The notes beneath the pieces are model-generated. The model saw only the letters and a program-made list of their open reading frames with translations. It had not been told where the DNA came from and searched no databases. Both the position numbers and the translations under genes were made by a program. Shown one piece after another: positions 61,225-64,000 of a stretch of DNA of 64,000 nt (position 1 is the stretch's first letter; every line of letters starts with the position of its first letter). This stretch comes from an uncultured Dictyoglomota bacterium (GTDB lineage Bacteria > Dictyoglomota > Dictyoglomia > Dictyoglomales > Dictyoglomaceae). The stretch spans positions 123,986 to 187,985 of the forward strand of contig CAZZIO010000065.1 in NCBI GenBank assembly GCA_964654465.1, written 5' to 3'.

Positions 61225-62402
61225 TTTATAGCCTCTATAACATCAATTACTCTCTTATTTTCCTTTACATCGTGAACTCTAACAATATCAACATCCTTAA
61301 GTGCACAAAGAGCTGTAACTCCAAGAGTACCCTCTAATCTTTCCTCAGGAGGAATATCACCTAAAACTTTTCCTATAAAACTTTTTCTTGAAGCTCCTAT
61401 TAAAATAGGTTTTTTCAAACTTTTAAATTCAGTTATTCTGGCTAATATTTCTAAATTATCCTCATATCTCTTTCCAAAGCCTATACCCGGATCAATAATT
61501 ACCTTATCCAGATCAACCCTATATCCCTCTGCATAATTTAATCTTTCTAAGAAAAACTCATATATTTCTTTAATTACATCATCATAATATGGATTTATTT
61601 GCATATCCTTAGGTGTACCTTTCATGTGCATTAAAACATAAGGAATTTTATATTCAGAAATAACTTTGACAAGATTATCGTCAAATCTAAACCCACTAAT
61701 ATCATTTATCATATCTGCCCCCAATTCAATTGCTTTTTCAGCTACTCTTGCTCTATAAGTATCCACTGAAATAAAAATATTTGAAAAATTTTCTCTAATT
61801 ATCTTTACAGCAGGAATAACCCTATTAATTTCTTCCTCTTCATCTACAGGATCAGAGCCAGGTCTTGTTGATTGCCCCCCTATATCAATAATATCTACCT
61901 TGTTTTCTATCATATATTTAGCAGTATTTAAAATCTCTTCTAAATTTATCTTACGAGAATTGGCATAAAAAGAATCTGGGGTCACATTTATTATTCCCAT
62001 TATTAAAGTTCTATCAAAAATTATTTTTCTCTTCCAAGGAGATTCAATATAAGATACTTTATCCTTCTCAAAAAAATTCTTTAAAAGATTATAAACTTTA
62101 GGAATATCGAAATAATTGATATTTTCCAATTTTTTAATAAGAATATCATAATGTTTTTTTGTCCCAAGAAGAATTACATCATTTTTGTTTATTCCACAAT
62201 TAACAACATTTTTATGAACTACAACATCTCCTCCAATAGAAAGCATCTCCTGCTTCAAAATATTGGCAGTAGGAGAAGTAATGTCAAAAATCTTTAATGG
62301 AATAATTCTACTTTTTCTTAGAAAAATTGAAAAAGAATCAAAATGAGCTCCTACTTTTTCCATCTCTTTAATTAAAAAATCAAGTGTTAACTCCATTATC
62401 AT
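61206..62402 (-). CDS. folP: Dihydropteroate synthase with ~130-aa N-terminal extension (reductase-like)
   Basis: MGIINVTPDSF, DIGGQSTRPG, SVDT, INDISG, DPGIGFGK, GASRKSF, RVHDV; N-terminal ANILKQEMLSIGGD. Confidence 0.93.
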   Translation of the reverse strand: MIMELTLDFLIKEMEKVGAHFDSFSIFLRKSRIIPLKIFDITSPTANILKQEMLSIGGDVVVHKNVVNCGINKNDVILLGTKKHYDILIKKLENINYFDIPKVYNLLKNFFEKDKVSYIESPWKRKIIFDRTLIMGIINVTPDSFYANSRKINLEEILNTAKYMIENKVDIIDIGGQSTRPGSDPVDEEEEINRVIPAVKIIRENFSNIFISVDTYRARVAEKAIELGADMINDISGFRFDDNLVKVISEYKIPYVLMHMKGTPKDMQINPYYDDVIKEIYEFFLERLNYAEGYRVDLDKVIIDPGIGFGKRYEDNLEILARITEFKSLKKPILIGASRKSFIGKVLGDIPPEERLEGTLGVTALCALKDVDIVRVHDVKENKRVIDVIEAIKCIRSS

Positions 62403-63180
62403 TCTTTAGCCACCCCTTCTCTACACATGCAAAAGCTTCATGATTATGAATACTTTCAAAACTTATTACTTCCACCCTATACCACTCTATTCTTTTATCC
62501 TTATCCAAAATAAAAACTATATCTCTTACTACATCTTCTACAAATTTTGGATTATCATATGCCATTTCTGTAATATATTTTTCATCTGGACGTTTTAAAA
62601 GAGAATAAATTGGGGCACTTGCAGAACTCTCTGCTATTTCAACTAAATCCTCAAACCATATAAGTTTTTTCGACTTAACTTCTATATTTGCTATAGCTCT
62701 TTGATTATGAGCTCCAAATTCGCTTATCTCCTTAGAACAGGGACAAAGAGTATGAATAGGAACTTTTACCCCTACAACCATCTCCAAATCTTCAAAAAGC
62801 TCCGCCTCAATTATACATTCTATTTTATTAGGAGACTCCATTTGCGAAATTGGAGCCTTTTTCCATATAAAATAAGGGAAAGTAAGTTTTATATGGCTAC
62901 TTTCTGCTTTTAACTTTGTCTTAACCTTCTGCAAAATTCTTTCTAAATTTTCAGGTCTAATTACATCAATTTCATTCAACACTTCTACAAACCTACTCAT
63001 ATGTGTACCTCTTAAATCGTGTCTAAGATCCACAGAAAGATCTATTTTTGCTATCGTATATTGGTGCCCTCTCCTTTGATCAAAAACCTTTATGGGATAA
63101 TAAAAATTCTTAATCCCTACTTTTTTCAGGGATATACCTCTCTCATCTTTTTCATTTTGTACATCTTTTAAATTATCCAC
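62380..63180 (-). CDS. folE2: GTP cyclohydrolase IB
   Basis: DVQ, VGIK, GTHMSRF, TLCPCSKEIS..GAHNQR, LKRPDEK, NPKFVED, ESIHNH.A. Confidence 0.95.
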   Translation of the reverse strand: MDNLKDVQNEKDERGISLKKVGIKNFYYPIKVFDQRRGHQYTIAKIDLSVDLRHDLRGTHMSRFVEVLNEIDVIRPENLERILQKVKTKLKAESSHIKLTFPYFIWKKAPISQMESPNKIECIIEAELFEDLEMVVGVKVPIHTLCPCSKEISEFGAHNQRAIANIEVKSKKLIWFEDLVEIAESSASAPIYSLLKRPDEKYITEMAYDNPKFVEDVVRDIVFILDKDKRIEWYRVEVISFESIHNHEAFACVEKGWLKNDNGVNT

Positions 63181-63529
63181 CTCTATATATCACTCCACTA
63201 TCTGATGTTTCCCATATTTGTACCTCATAAAGAGAAAAATTTTTACCTCTTAATTTTCCTTCTAATTTATTCCAAACCCATATAGCTATATTCTCAGCTG
63301 TGGGTTGTGAGATTATATCATTTATATAACTATGATCCAGTACATCAATAATTTCCTTTTTCACGATATCCTTTAATTCTACAAAGTCCATAATCATACC
63401 TTCCTCATCAGGCTTACCTTCCAAAACTATTACTAATTCATAAGTATGTCCATGTAATCTCTCACACTTTCCTTTATAGCTTACTAAATTGTGAGCTGCA
63501 TCAAATTTAAATTTTTTAATTAGAAACAT
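63173..63529 (-). CDS. queD: QueD/6-pyruvoyl-tetrahydropterin synthase family protein (hybrid PTPS-I/III motif)
   Basis: FDAAH, CERLHGHTY, MDF, LDH..IN, PTAENIA, WET. Confidence 0.9.
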   Translation of the reverse strand: MFLIKKFKFDAAHNLVSYKGKCERLHGHTYELVIVLEGKPDEEGMIMDFVELKDIVKKEIIDVLDHSYINDIISQPTAENIAIWVWNKLEGKLRGKNFSLYEVQIWETSDSGVIYRGG

Positions 63530-63848
63530 TTTTTTACCTTACTCCTTACTTGATTTATATAAACCTCTTAATAAATCTCTATAGATTATACCATTTAAGT
63601 CAAAAATTTATAACTTCTCTATATCATCGTAAGTCTAAATTCTTGTTACATAAAAATCTCAATCAAATTAGGCTTATTCATATTTTTTTGAGATTGACAG
63701 AAAATGTAACAATTAGGGATAACCTTCTTTTATTGCACAACTTGATTCTTACTAATTTCTTAATGATTTTTTATCTCAAATATTTTCCAAAATAGTTCTT
63801 TACTTCATTAGAAAATATTTTAGCTTATTCTTAAAAACTATTTTTACA

Positions 63849-63952
63849 GTCTACCCCCGATAACCCCAAAACCCTGGAGGATCGACAGAAATATAAATTT
63901 TCACATCAAAACCTATTTACATCTAATTTTTCTCATGCTATACTACCAACAA
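63849..63952 (+). promoter_or_regulatory. Probable CRISPR leader with sigma70 promoter
   Basis: GC-rich imperfect inverted repeat GTCtACCCCC...AAAACCCTGGAGGATCGAC (63849-63886) in AT-rich DNA, resembling leaders of thermophile/clostridial I-B arrays; TTTACA (63916-63921), 17 nt, TATACT (63939-63944) with extended -10 TG. Confidence 0.7.
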
Positions 63953-63982
63953 AATTGTAGTGTACCTATAAGGGTAGTAATT
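63953..63982 (+). CRISPR. Single degenerate or truncated CRISPR repeat-like sequence
   Basis: aaTTGTAGTGTACCTATAAGGGtagtaatt resembles 30-nt repeats of the GTTTGTAG..TACCTAT.AGG.ATTGAAAC type but lacks the ATTGAAAC end. No second copy is visible; the window ends 18 nt later. Confidence 0.5.
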
Positions 63983-64000
63983 TTTAGAGAGATCTTTTTT

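Noticed and set aside
1604-62913. Many 60-126 aa ORFs antisense to or out of frame within long genes (for example 13106-13435, 13512-13850, 56554-56934)
   Set aside because: They overlap well-supported genes almost entirely and have no recognisable motifs; expected shadow ORFs.
62380-63529. queD/folE2 as part of a 7-deazaguanine DNA-modification (dpd) defence island next to CRISPR
   Set aside because: No dpdA/tgt, queC or queE nearby; the partners are folP and folK, which points to folate synthesis.
63530-63580. preQ1 riboswitch upstream of queD
   Set aside because: A GATTTAT/ATAAATC hairpin precedes the SD, but the loop lacks the conserved preQ1-I residues and there is no A-rich pseudoknot tail.
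63550-63795. 81-aa ORF upstream of queD
   Set aside because: TTG start with no SD, low-complexity AT-rich translation, overlaps the queD promoter region.
60775-63848. Regular CRISPR array next to cas2
   Set aside because: folK abuts cas2 directly, and I found no periodic ~30-nt repeats here or elsewhere in the window.
1-64000. rRNA, tRNA, transposases, integrases, prophage genes
   Set aside because: No such motifs or suitable GC-rich structured intergenic segments were seen.

Overview
AT-rich, gene-dense chromosomal window from a bacterium. The gene content (GH94/GH26/GH12/CBM9, cellobiose 2-epimerase, Thermotoga-like ABC exporter) suggests a thermophilic, diderm, sugar-degrading anaerobe of the Dictyoglomus type; this is an inference, not a database result. 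About 55 CDS; no rRNA, tRNA, IS or prophage seen. Main blocks: (i) 1-21 kb beta-glucan/glucomannan genes (uncharacterised GH-like protein, cellobiose 2-epimerase, GH31, two tandem GH94 phosphorylases, GH4, stand-alone CBM9); (ii) MarR plus heterodimeric ABC exporter; (iii) 25-35 kb EbgR-like LacI / sugar ABC / GH63-like / GH2 / DMT block; (iv) DRG-like GTPase and a lipoprotein; (v) 38-44 kb YtrA-GntR operon ending in an M1 metallopeptidase fused to an Omp85-like beta-barrel; (vi) MFS-ADH-GH26-GH12; (vii) NTPase-like/TPR/GGDEF protein and a creatininase-family gene; (viii) complete type I-B cas operon with a probable internally translated Cas11; (ix) a non-canonical folate operon (PTPS-I/III, FolE2, FolP with reductase-like extension, FolK) lying between cas2 and a CRISPR leader. 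The leader has a strong promoter but is followed by only one truncated repeat-like sequence before the window ends. All family calls come from motif recognition in the translations, not from searches.
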